NCBI GenBank assembly: GCA_965213625.1 | Contig: CBDBZU010000004.1 | Location: 512,001 to 576,000 of the forward strand | Origin: a bacterium | Lineage (GTDB): Bacteria; UBA8248 | Reading direction: 5' to 3' | Length of the DNA stretch: 64,000 nucleotides | Shown: in pieces, positions 1 through 8,208 of the stretch | Position numbering within the stretch: the first letter of the stretch is position 1 | How the letters are laid out: every line of letters begins with the position of its first letter | Position numbers and translations under genes: made by a program | Notes under the pieces: generated by a model | What the model was told of the DNA's origin: nothing | What the model saw: only the letters and a program-made list of their open reading frames with translations | Databases searched by the model: none

Positions 1-821
1 AGTCGCTTCGCGAGCAGGAGCGCTCGAGCCGCGCCTGGCTGTGGGCCTCGTTAAGCGCAGACGCCGTCTACTTCCACGTCGACCCCTCGCGGAGCGCCGA
101 TGTCGCGATGAAGCTGTTCAGCGCGGCCGGCCGCCATACGGTCCTCGTCTGCAACCGCTACAGCGCCTACAAGAAGCTGGCGCGCGAACTCGGGGGTCTG
201 GTCACTCTCGCATCATGTTGGGCACATCAAAGAAGAACCTTTATCGACTGCGCGGCCGGCGAGGCGCGCCTGACGCCGTGGTGCGAGAGGTGGATCGGGC
301 GGATCGCCTTGCTCTACCGTCTGAACGAGGCGCGCCTGGCCCGTTACGACTCAGGTCTCGAACACCAGGACGCGGCGTTCAACGCGGCGCACGACGAATT
401 GAAGAAGGCGCTCGAGGGCCTGTTCGCGCAAGCCCGACGCGAACTGGCCGCCCTGTCGGCGCAGGCGCGCGAGGGCAAGGCGCTTCGCTCGCTGCTGAAC
501 CACCGCGAGGGGCTGAGCGTCTTCCTCGAGCGCCCCTGGGTGCCGACAGATAATAACGCCATTGAGAGAGTGCTCAGGGGTCCCGTGATCGGCAGACGGC
601 TCTCGTTCGGCTCCGTGAGCGAGGCTGGCGCCCGGTTTACGGCGATGATGTACTCCGTCCTCGGAACGCTCTCCTCGAACGGCATCGACCCGCTCCGCTG
701 GCTCGAGGCATGGCTCACCGCCTGCGCTGAGAACGGCGGCCGCTCGCCCGGGGACCTCTCCGCGTGGCTGCCCTGGTCGATGGGCGCGGAGCGCAGACGC
801 GCCCTCATGGCGCCGGGATGA
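1..821 (+). CDS. IS66 family transposase (TnpC), 5'-truncated by window edge
   Basis: The frame is open from the window start (…RAWLWAS…VYFHVDPSRS…). It has IS66-type motifs CWAHQRRTF and PTDNNAIERVLRGPVIGRRLSFGS, and a C-terminal 'GIDPLRWL…LSAWLPW'. Confidence 0.9.
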   Translation, partial: SLREQERSSRAWLWASLSADAVYFHVDPSRSADVAMKLFSAAGRHTVLVCNRYSAYKKLARELGGLVTLASCWAHQRRTFIDCAAGEARLTPWCERWIGRIALLYRLNEARLARYDSGLEHQDAAFNAAHDELKKALEGLFAQARRELAALSAQAREGKALRSLLNHREGLSVFLERPWVPTDNNAIERVLRGPVIGRRLSFGSVSEAGARFTAMMYSVLGTLSSNGIDPLRWLEAWLTACAENGGRSPGDLSAWLPWSMGAERRRALMAPG

Positions 822-825
822 CGCC

Positions 826-1698
826 GTGACCGAGTGCCGCTACTACGGACGCGACTTCACGACGGAAGAGATGGCGCTGCTGCGCGCGCTGATCGCCGGT
901 CCTCCTGCGCTCAACCGCCATGCGCTCTCGAAGGAGTTCTGCCGCCGTATCGGCTGGTTCAAGCCCGACGGCGGACTCAAGGACATGATGGCCCGGGTGA
1001 CCATGCTCGCCATGCACAGGGACGGCCTGATCTCGCTCCCCCCGCCGAAGCACCCGCGAGCCCCGGCGCGGCCAATCGTCTTCGGACCAGATACCGAAGC
1101 ACCCCTCATCCCGGCGCCGGCGACTCTCGACGAGGTCCGCCCCATCGGGATGCGCATCGCCGTGCGCGGAACCCGCGAGGGCAGGCTCTGGAACGAGTTC
1201 GTCGCACGCTACCACTACCTCGGCTACAAGACCCTCGTCGGCGCCCAGATGCGCTACGCCGTACATGACCGCGACGGCAGGCCCCTCGCCATGCTCGGCT
1301 TCTCCACCGCCGCCTGGAAACTCGCCCCGCGCGATGCCTTCATCGGCTGGACGCCGCAGTTGCGCGAGAAGAACCTCCCCCTCGTGATCGACAACCCGAG
1401 GTTCCTCATCCTGCCATGGATCAAAATCCCCAACCTCGGCTCGCACCTCCTCGCCATCGTCCGCAGGCGCCTGCCCGGAGATTGGACCGAGCGCTATGGC
1501 ACGACCCCCGTCCTCGTCGAGACCTTCGTCGAGACGCCCCGCTACACCGGCGCCGTCTACAGGGCTTCGGGATGGATTCACGTCGGAACCACACAGGGAC
1601 GAGGACGTTATGACAGGTACAATCGTCATGACAAACCCAAAAAGGACATCTGGCTAAGGCCCCTCCGAAACAACTGGAAGCAAGTACTCAAGCGCTGA
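826..1698 (+). CDS. DUF4338 domain protein (Druantia DruA-like), passenger of the IS66 element
   Basis: Motifs RLWNEFVARYHYLGY…GAQMRY, NPRFLILPW…NLGSHLL and LVETFV…YTGAVYRASGWIHVGTTQGRGR; starts 4 bp after the transposase stop. Confidence 0.85.
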   Translation: MTECRYYGRDFTTEEMALLRALIAGPPALNRHALSKEFCRRIGWFKPDGGLKDMMARVTMLAMHRDGLISLPPPKHPRAPARPIVFGPDTEAPLIPAPATLDEVRPIGMRIAVRGTREGRLWNEFVARYHYLGYKTLVGAQMRYAVHDRDGRPLAMLGFSTAAWKLAPRDAFIGWTPQLREKNLPLVIDNPRFLILPWIKIPNLGSHLLAIVRRRLPGDWTERYGTTPVLVETFVETPRYTGAVYRASGWIHVGTTQGRGRYDRYNRHDKPKKDIWLRPLRNNWKQVLKR

Positions 1699-1732
1699 AA
1701 CAACCCCCATCACCCTGCCACCGAATGCTTAC

Positions 1733-1870
1733 CGAAGATGCTCCGACATTATCGCCCCGGGAACACAGAGGTTTGAATATCTCCGCTTTCGGTTTGATTA
1801 CATTTTGCGGAAAGCAAATGCCGATCGAAATCAGGAACCGCATATATTTCTCAATGATATCAATAGGATA
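1733..1870. repeat. Diverged intergenic module, copy A
   Basis: Shares CCGACA…ACACAG…GTTTGAAT…GCTT…TTTGATTAC with 7978-8114, and TGCGGAA…CCGA…GGAAC…TTTCT…AAT…ATCAAT.GGATA with 3865-3966. Confidence 0.55.
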
Positions 1871-2150
1871 GCGGAATTTGATAGCTGTTGGAAATCCTCT
1901 GCAGCCTGTAAACGGACGTGGAACATTATCAACGAGCTCGTTATCCTGCTGGCCCACTTCAGGCTATTGAACGTTATCTACCTGCCAAGAGCTGATCGCC
2001 TCTCCCCTGCGCGCCCACTGGCGAGTATTTTCTCATCGACGACGAAACATCCCCCGAACTCCAGTAGCGTTTCGCTCGGCACCTCCCGCTCGTGCTATGA
2101 ACAGCCCCAACCGGTCGGTACCGGACCCCGAGGCTTGCGAACTTGCGAAA

Positions 2151-2178
2151 TGTCAGAAACTATTATATATTTCTGACA
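2151..2178. promoter_or_regulatory. Inverted-repeat operator upstream of AbiEi (TGTCAGAAA-N10-TTTCTGACA)
   Basis: Perfect 9-bp inverted repeat with an AT-rich spacer, 15 bp before the ATG. AbiE antitoxins are known to autorepress via promoter inverted repeats. Confidence 0.7.
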
Positions 2179-2193
2179 ATGAGGGGATGTCTC

Positions 2194-2787
2194 ATGGAGA
2201 ATCTGAGCGAAGCGATCCTGTCTTATGCAAGAAACCGGCCCGAAGGTGTTCCGTTGAGCGCCAAGGGGTTGCTGCATCTCGGCAGCCGCGCTGCGGTAGA
2301 TCAGTCCTTGTCGCGTCTTGCCCGTCGCGGCGACCTGCTGCGCGTAGGACGGGGCCTCTACGTCCTTCCGGTGAAGAGCCGGTTCGGCAACCGGGCGCCC
2401 TCGCTCCACAAGACGGTCGAGGCGCTGGCGGCCCAGCGCGGGGAGCGAATCGCTTCCAGCGGGGCCATGGCGGCGAATGCGCTCGGCCTGACTACGCAGG
2501 TGCCGGTCAAGCCTGTCTTTCTGACCTCTGGCCGCGACCGCAAATTGAGACTCGGTCGCCAGGAGGTCGAGTTGCGGCACGCTCCGTCATGGCAGCTCGT
2601 GCTGAGTGGCCGCAAGGCGGGAGACGCCGTCCGGGCGCTCGCCTGGCTCGGGCCGGAGAGGGCCGGGGAGGCGCTCAATGTGATCGGGGGATCGCTGAGC
2701 CTCAAGGAGCGCGGGGAGCTGGCCGACGTCAGCGCACAGATGCCGGGGTGGCTGGCGGAACCTGTGAGTCGGTTGGCTCATGGCTGA
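2194..2787 (+). CDS. Type IV TA antitoxin, AbiEi/DUF6088 family
   Basis: N-terminal wHTH 'GSRAAVDQSLSRLARRGDLLRVGRGLY' and 'AANALGLTTQVP'; GAGGGG RBS before ATG 2194; overlaps the toxin gene. Confidence 0.88.
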   Translation: MENLSEAILSYARNRPEGVPLSAKGLLHLGSRAAVDQSLSRLARRGDLLRVGRGLYVLPVKSRFGNRAPSLHKTVEALAAQRGERIASSGAMAANALGLTTQVPVKPVFLTSGRDRKLRLGRQEVELRHAPSWQLVLSGRKAGDAVRALAWLGPERAGEALNVIGGSLSLKERGELADVSAQMPGWLAEPVSRLAHG

Positions 2788-3796
2788 GCGTTTTCTGGAT
2801 CTCTCTAATCGTGACCGTCGGGAAGTGCTCGAAGTCGCCGCCGGCGCGTCAGGAAGGCCGGTGTATCTGCTGGAAAAGGACATCTGGGTCGTCTGGGCCA
2901 TCCAGACGCTCTTTGAAGCGCCCATAGGCGCGCCGCTCGTCTTCAAGGGCGGCACATCCCTGTCCAAGGCGTATCGCGCCATTGGGCGTTTTTCCGAGGA
3001 TGTCGACCTGACCTATGACATCCGCGCGCTCGCGCCCGACCTCGTCGGCGACAGCCCGGGAGCTCTGCCGACAAGCCGGAGCCAGGAACAGCGATGGACT
3101 AAGGAGGTCCGCAGACGTCTGGCCGCCTGGATGCATGACGAGGCCGTCCCGTTCCTGGAGAAGAGGTTATATGCGGCAGAGGCGGACGGCGAGATCAGGG
3201 TCGAGGAAGACGAACTCTTCATCCGCTATGCGCCGCTGAGCGAGGGGACGGGCTATGTTCGACCTGAGGTGAAGCTGGAATTCGGCGCACGCGCCACGGG
3301 GGAGCCGAACACGCCGATGCCTATCCGTTGCGACGCGGCCGACCATGTGCCGGATGTCGAATTCCCGGCAGCAAGACCGCGAGTCATGCGGGTCGAACGT
3401 ACTTTTTGGGAGAAGGCGACGGCCGCGCATGTCTACTGTCTGCAGGGGCGATTACGGAGCGAGCGCTTCGCGCGGCACTGGTACGATCTGACGCGGCTCG
3501 AGGGCGCCGGCCTGGCGCAACGCGCCCTCGCGGACCGGGAAACCGCCAATTCCGTGGCGGCGCACAAGGCCGTGTTCTTTGGCGAAAAAGATGCGTCGGG
3601 AAACTGGATAGACTACGAAGTGGCCGTTACGGGCGGTCTGCAACTTGTCCCGACGGGAGACTCCCTGACCGCACTGGCGGACGACTACGCACGGATGGTT
3701 GAAGACCGGCTGCTGATCGAGGAGGCCGAGTCGTTCGATGTCCTGATGGATACCTGCCAGGCAATCGCGGAGGAGGCGAACCGGCTCGACTATTAG
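2780..3796 (+). CDS. AbiEii/AbiGii nucleotidyltransferase toxin
   Basis: Motifs LLEKDIWV, VFKGGTSLSKAY…RFSEDVDL, ERTFWEK, ARHWYDL. Confidence 0.92.
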   Translation: MAERFLDLSNRDRREVLEVAAGASGRPVYLLEKDIWVVWAIQTLFEAPIGAPLVFKGGTSLSKAYRAIGRFSEDVDLTYDIRALAPDLVGDSPGALPTSRSQEQRWTKEVRRRLAAWMHDEAVPFLEKRLYAAEADGEIRVEEDELFIRYAPLSEGTGYVRPEVKLEFGARATGEPNTPMPIRCDAADHVPDVEFPAARPRVMRVERTFWEKATAAHVYCLQGRLRSERFARHWYDLTRLEGAGLAQRALADRETANSVAAHKAVFFGEKDASGNWIDYEVAVTGGLQLVPTGDSLTALADDYARMVEDRLLIEEAESFDVLMDTCQAIAEEANRLDY

Positions 3797-3864
3797 ACGA
3801 CTCACACCTTCCTGGACAGCATATCCATGATTCCTGCTCATAAGTAATCCATAGATGCTTCGCT

Positions 3865-3966
3865 TTAGCCCGACAGGAGTGCTCTAGACTGCGCAGAAAT
3901 TCTGCGGAAGGCGGGTTCCGAACAGGAATGGGAACAATGATATTTTCTAATAACATCAATTGGATA
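3865..3966. repeat. Diverged intergenic module, copy C
   Basis: TTCTGCGGAAGGCGGGTTCCGAACAGGAATGGGAACAATGATATTTTCTAATAACATCAATTGGATA aligns with 1803-1870. Confidence 0.55.
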
Positions 3967-4036
3967 AGAATATCCCATAGTCAATGAAGGCGATTTTCTT
4001 TCTCTAAACGAGCGAATTATATAAGGGGTTGGTTCA

Positions 4037-5884
4037 ATGCAGGTCAGCCGACTATCACTAAAGAACTTTCGTGGGAGCAAGTCAGCCGAGCTAGATTTCT
4101 ATGGACATACCTTACTTGTCGGAGAAAACAATGTCGGCAAGTCCACGATTTGCGAAGCACTTGAGTTTGCGCTTAGCCCGGAAAGGCAAAACCGGTTTCC
4201 TGTTGTTGACGAGTTCGATTTCTACAATGCCGCCTATCTCGATGAAAACGAAGAGCCTATCGAGATCCGAATCGAGGTGCTGTTGACGGAAGTGACGCCA
4301 ACGATCGAGAAAGCTTGTGGCAACTATTTGGAACGCTGGGACCCAGCGAGTCGGCGTATTTTAGGCCAAGGTGAGGTCGACCAAGTCGACGGTGCGGGGC
4401 ATGTTTGGTGCCTGCGGCTTCTGACCATCGCGCGCTACAATAAAGAAGAAGACGAATTCGAGACTGCAACGCACTACGCAAAAGCTTATGACCCTGAGAA
4501 AGAGGATGACAGTCGCGTTCCCCGCGTGATAAAGCGTAATTTTGGTTTTCTCTACCTACGTGCCCTTCGCACCGGATCGAGAGCGCTCAGCCTAGAGCGC
4601 GGCTCACTTCTCGACGTGATTCTCCGTATCCAGAACCTCCAGACAGGCATCTGGGAGCATGTCCGCCGCCGGCTCGAAGCATTAGACCCGCCAATTGAAG
4701 AAGGCGCCACCAAGCTCACGCCCGTGCTTCAGACCATCGAATCCCGCCTCGCCGAGTACATTGCGATCGACAAGCCTGGTGATGCGACACGGTTGTTCGT
4801 TTCGCAACTCACACGCGAGCATCTTCGAAAGACCCTGAGTTTCTTTATCTCCGTTACCAAAGACCAGAATCCCGTCCCATTCCAAAAAGTCGGTACTGGC
4901 ACGCTCAATACTTTAGTGCTGGCGCTATTGAGCTTCATCGCTGAGCTTAAAGAAGAGAACGTCATCTTCGCTATGGAGGAGCCGGAAATCGCGCTTGCTC
5001 CCCATACACAGAGGCGTATTGCGACCTATCTGTTGAACAAGACGACACAGTGCTTTGTCACTTCCCACTCACCATACGTGATCGAGACCTTCGATCCCGA
5101 ACGCATTATCATCCTGCGGCGGGAGAATGATTCGACCGTGACATACAAACGGGTAAACCTCAGCTTGGAGGTGAAAGCCAAGACGTACCGCCGCTATATC
5201 CGTCGCGGGTTCGCCGAAGCGATGTTAGGTCGCGGCGTCATTGTCACTGAAGGTATCACGGAACAACTTGCCCTCCAGGCCGTAGCTGAGAAGCTGGAGG
5301 CTGCTGACGATGTTCGCTATCCGCTCGACGTGTCTGGTGTCACAATCATTACCGCCGAAGGCGATGGCGGTATTCCTGAATTCGGCCGTTTCTTCGTCTC
5401 TCTCGATTTGCCGACCTTTGCTTTCTTCGACAAGAAGGCACGTTCCCAGAGGGAACAGGATGCTCTGGAGCAGGCCGGTTTTGAAATCCTCAACGAGACT
5501 ACTTACGCCGGCATGGAGGAACTGCTAGCCGTTGAGGTGCCTTTGCATCATCAGTGGTCCTACCTTGAACAAATTAGAGACTCCGGCATTGCACCAAAGA
5601 TTTTTATACCCGCTACGTGTCCCACAGACGACAAAGTGCGCGACTTCACTCGTCAGATGCTGAAGGACGGCAAAGGGTGGGGTCGGGCAGCCGACTTAAT
5701 CGAACGCTGTGCTGTGGCTGAGCTGCCAGCCAGTATCGTCGACTTCCTCGAGCGGATATACAAGCTGTTCCCGCGTCCCAAGGTGCCAGACCTCGTAGAT
5801 TCTGATGAAGAGGCGGCAGGAGAATCGGAAGAAGGATCCGAGCCAGCTGAGGCTGTAAAGACACAGGCTACGGAGGGTGAATGA
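4037..5884 (+). CDS. OLD-family ATP-dependent endonuclease (ABC ATPase + TOPRIM), GajA-like
   Basis: LKNFRG, Walker A GENNVGKST, Walker B FAMEEPE, TSHSP, TOPRIM VTEGITE. Confidence 0.88.
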   Translation: MQVSRLSLKNFRGSKSAELDFYGHTLLVGENNVGKSTICEALEFALSPERQNRFPVVDEFDFYNAAYLDENEEPIEIRIEVLLTEVTPTIEKACGNYLERWDPASRRILGQGEVDQVDGAGHVWCLRLLTIARYNKEEDEFETATHYAKAYDPEKEDDSRVPRVIKRNFGFLYLRALRTGSRALSLERGSLLDVILRIQNLQTGIWEHVRRRLEALDPPIEEGATKLTPVLQTIESRLAEYIAIDKPGDATRLFVSQLTREHLRKTLSFFISVTKDQNPVPFQKVGTGTLNTLVLALLSFIAELKEENVIFAMEEPEIALAPHTQRRIATYLLNKTTQCFVTSHSPYVIETFDPERIIILRRENDSTVTYKRVNLSLEVKAKTYRRYIRRGFAEAMLGRGVIVTEGITEQLALQAVAEKLEAADDVRYPLDVSGVTIITAEGDGGIPEFGRFFVSLDLPTFAFFDKKARSQREQDALEQAGFEILNETTYAGMEELLAVEVPLHHQWSYLEQIRDSGIAPKIFIPATCPTDDKVRDFTRQMLKDGKGWGRAADLIERCAVAELPASIVDFLERIYKLFPRPKVPDLVDSDEEAAGESEEGSEPAEAVKTQATEGE

Positions 5885-7614
5885 CTTTCGTCTCCTGCTC
5901 TGATCGGGACCGCATTCTAGCAGCGGACGACCATGTGCTCGTTACCGGAGGACCTGGCTGCGGGAAAACGACCGTTGCGCTCCACAAAGCGTTGCAACGG
6001 ATTGGAGCCGGGTTGCTTCCTGGGCAGAAGGTGCTGTTTCTCAGTTTCTCTCGAGCGGCAGTCACCCGCATCGTCCAAGCCTCCCGCAAGGATTTGCCAA
6101 AAGAGTACCGCAGGCAACTCGACATTCAGACCTTCCATTCCTTCTGTTGGCGGCTAGTGCAGGGACACGGTTATCTCCTCGGTGCCACGTCGCCCATACA
6201 GCTCTTGCCACCGCACGATGAGCGAGCGATACGAAACGGTGCCAAGAGTGACGATCCGGCCTGGGATGCCGAACGGGAACGCCTCTTCCTCGAAGAGGGA
6301 CGCATCGTCTTCGACCTTTTTGCGCCGAAGGCACTCGAACTTTTTCAAAGGAGCGCTGCGCATCGACAACTGGTAGCAGACCGTTATCCGTTGATCATCG
6401 TGGACGAGGCACAGGACACGGGCACGGAACAATGGGCCTGCATGGAAGCGCTCGCTGGTCTTACGCAACTCATCTGCCTCGCCGATCTCGACCAGCAGAT
6501 TTACGATTTCCGGCGCGACGTGAGCCCTGAGCGCCTGAAACAGATAATGACGGCGCTTGCGCCGTTGGAAGTTGACCTCGGAGTCCAGAATAAACGTAGT
6601 CCTCGTGCCGAGATCGTCAAGTTTGGTAATGATATCCTTTTACAATCGCCGCAAGGTTCCTCTTATACTGGTGTCAGTCAGTTATCGTTCCGTCCGAACG
6701 CTGAGCGGCGCGACCGTGCCATTCGCAATGCTGTCGGGATACTTCGGAAGAAGATCACTGATACGACGGGGACACCACCGCTGAGTATCGGCTACCTGAC
6801 GAACTGGGGTAAGGGTGTAACAATTGTCGCCCGTGCACTTCAGGGCGGCGAAGGTATCAAGGAAATCCCTCACCGCGTCGTTATGGATGAGGCCGAGGTG
6901 CTTCTCGCCACACGCGTCGTTGCCCTCTGCCTGGAACCGGTTGAGGATGTTTGGGAAAATCTAGCAACAGGTCTTGACCTTATTGCGGAGCTATATCGGG
7001 CGCGGGGCAATGCCAAGAAAGTTGACCAGTTGAGAAGGAACGCCGCCGATGCCCGAGAGAAAAGGGTGCGTGGTAACGCAAAATGCCCACGTTCTCTGAA
7101 GGACATTCTGGAGCATCTGCAGGCCTATCCGCTCAGCGGAAGTCCGGGACAAGATTGGCTGACCATTCGGCGCAAGTTTGAGGCCAGTGACGTAGCAGAG
7201 CTCAAGTTGGTCGCCCGCCAAGTCATCTATCTAATGGGCTTCAACCGAGGACTGCGAATTTCTGATGCCCTTGCCGAAGTCTGGCAACAACGCGGCAGAT
7301 ATGAGAGGGCACGTGCCCTCATCGAGGCGGCAGTTACCGAGGACCAGATCATCGGCAGCAACGGCGATTTGAACGGCATCAACGTCATGACCATGCACAA
7401 ATCCAAGGGGAAGGAATTCGACGGGGTCATCATCCTGCATCTGGGCAATAACATGTCGCCTTTGTCACCGGACTATGAGTCCGCACCGCATATGAAGAGT
7501 CGACGTTTGCTCCGGGTTGGAATAACACGGGCGAAGCAGCACGTTCTAATGCTGACGGATGTATTCAGTCCTTCGCCACTTCTGAAGGGACACAATTTAA
7601 ACTATCAACTATGA
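5881..7614 (+). CDS. UvrD/Rep-like SF1 helicase, GajB-like
   Basis: GGPGCGKTT, TFHSF, DEAQD, TMHKSKGKEFD, VGITRAK; ATGA overlap with the OLD nuclease gene. Confidence 0.88.
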   Translation: MTFVSCSDRDRILAADDHVLVTGGPGCGKTTVALHKALQRIGAGLLPGQKVLFLSFSRAAVTRIVQASRKDLPKEYRRQLDIQTFHSFCWRLVQGHGYLLGATSPIQLLPPHDERAIRNGAKSDDPAWDAERERLFLEEGRIVFDLFAPKALELFQRSAAHRQLVADRYPLIIVDEAQDTGTEQWACMEALAGLTQLICLADLDQQIYDFRRDVSPERLKQIMTALAPLEVDLGVQNKRSPRAEIVKFGNDILLQSPQGSSYTGVSQLSFRPNAERRDRAIRNAVGILRKKITDTTGTPPLSIGYLTNWGKGVTIVARALQGGEGIKEIPHRVVMDEAEVLLATRVVALCLEPVEDVWENLATGLDLIAELYRARGNAKKVDQLRRNAADAREKRVRGNAKCPRSLKDILEHLQAYPLSGSPGQDWLTIRRKFEASDVAELKLVARQVIYLMGFNRGLRISDALAEVWQQRGRYERARALIEAAVTEDQIIGSNGDLNGINVMTMHKSKGKEFDGVIILHLGNNMSPLSPDYESAPHMKSRRLLRVGITRAKQHVLMLTDVFSPSPLLKGHNLNYQL

Positions 7615-7709
7615 TGGAGCAGGTGTGATAGAGGACTGGTTTAGTCATGGCAAATCCCAGAGTGGATAGAGAAGGTTTACGCCAATACGGACCCATGCTT
7701 TGCTTACCT

Positions 7710-7735
7710 CCATCACCCTGCCACCGAATGGTTAC
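7710..7735 (+). repeat. Solo IS66 right inverted repeat
   Basis: CCATCACCCTGCCACCGAATGGTTAC, 25/26 identical to 1707-1732 and in the same orientation. Confidence 0.85.
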
Positions 7736-7741
7736 TCGTTC

Positions 7742-7977
7742 GTAAGGATTCGGTCGTGGGGTGATAGAGCGTACCACAGACTCTCCTGAGTGGGTGTTAA
7801 CGACGCGGGCCAATGTCTCCCACGTTCAGTGTGAATGCTGCTGATTCACCAAGACCACCTGAATATCCTACCACTGCCGAAGTGGTGAGGGTACTGCTCT
7901 GGTCTGACTCTTTTCGGACAATGCTTCATGTAGGCACCGGTTTCAGCACGGCCATCACCCTGCCACCGAATGCTTAC
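7742..7977. mobile_element. IS66-derived MITE (236 bp, non-coding)
   Basis: Left end GTAAGGATTCGGTCGTGGGGTGATAG. Right end 7952-7977 is identical to 1707-1732. The two ends are imperfect inverted repeats; no 8-bp TSD is visible. Confidence 0.75.
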
Positions 7978-8114
7978 GAATGATTACCGACAGGGATACT
8001 TCGAAATACACAGGAGTTTGAATTCGCCTGCTTCCGTTTTGATTACTTTCAGTATAAGGGCAGTATTAGCGAGACCGGAAAGAATGAAACTTTCTTAATA
8101 ATTTCAACAGACTA
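7978..8114. repeat. Diverged intergenic module, copy B
   Basis: GAATGATTACCGACA…ACACAGGAGTTTGAAT…GCTTCCGTTTTGATTAC aligns with 1733-1801. Confidence 0.55.
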
Positions 8115-8147
8115 CAAGGATCTCACCGCCGCCGGAAACCCCCCACC

Positions 8148-8207
8148 GTCTGAAAACGGGCGATAAATATCGATAAATTCACGGGGTATATCGATAAATT
8201 TCAGACA
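8148..8207. repeat. Transposon-end-like repeat cluster
   Basis: ATATCGATAAATT at 8167 and 8188 (21-bp period), a third CGATAAAT at 8161, a GTCTGAAA/TTTCAGAC inverted pair, ending …ACA (TGT on the minus strand). Confidence 0.45.
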
Positions 8208-8208
8208 A

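Larger units (their letters stand above)
1..1732 (+). mobile_element. IS66-family element, right part (transposase + DUF4338 + right inverted repeat)
   Basis: 1707-1732 CCATCACCCTGCCACCGAATGCTTAC reads GTAAGCATTCGG… on the minus strand. IS66 ends begin with GTAA. Confidence 0.8.

Noticed and set aside
826-1698. Complete Druantia system
   Set aside because: Only a DruA-like gene is present. No DruE helicase or other dru genes are seen, and the gene sits inside an IS end.
1688-2176. ORFs 1688-1957 (-) and 1805-2176 (+), and the YPIDIIEKY/YPIDVIRKY peptide similarity with ORF 3865-4080
   Set aside because: No recognisable domain or RBS. The similarity is explained by the DNA-level repeat module, and the ORFs run through an IS end or overlap real genes.
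1707-7977. CRISPR-like repeats (26-bp identical copies)
   Set aside because: The copies are hundreds to thousands of bp apart, have no spacer periodicity, and match IS66 terminal repeats; no cas genes.
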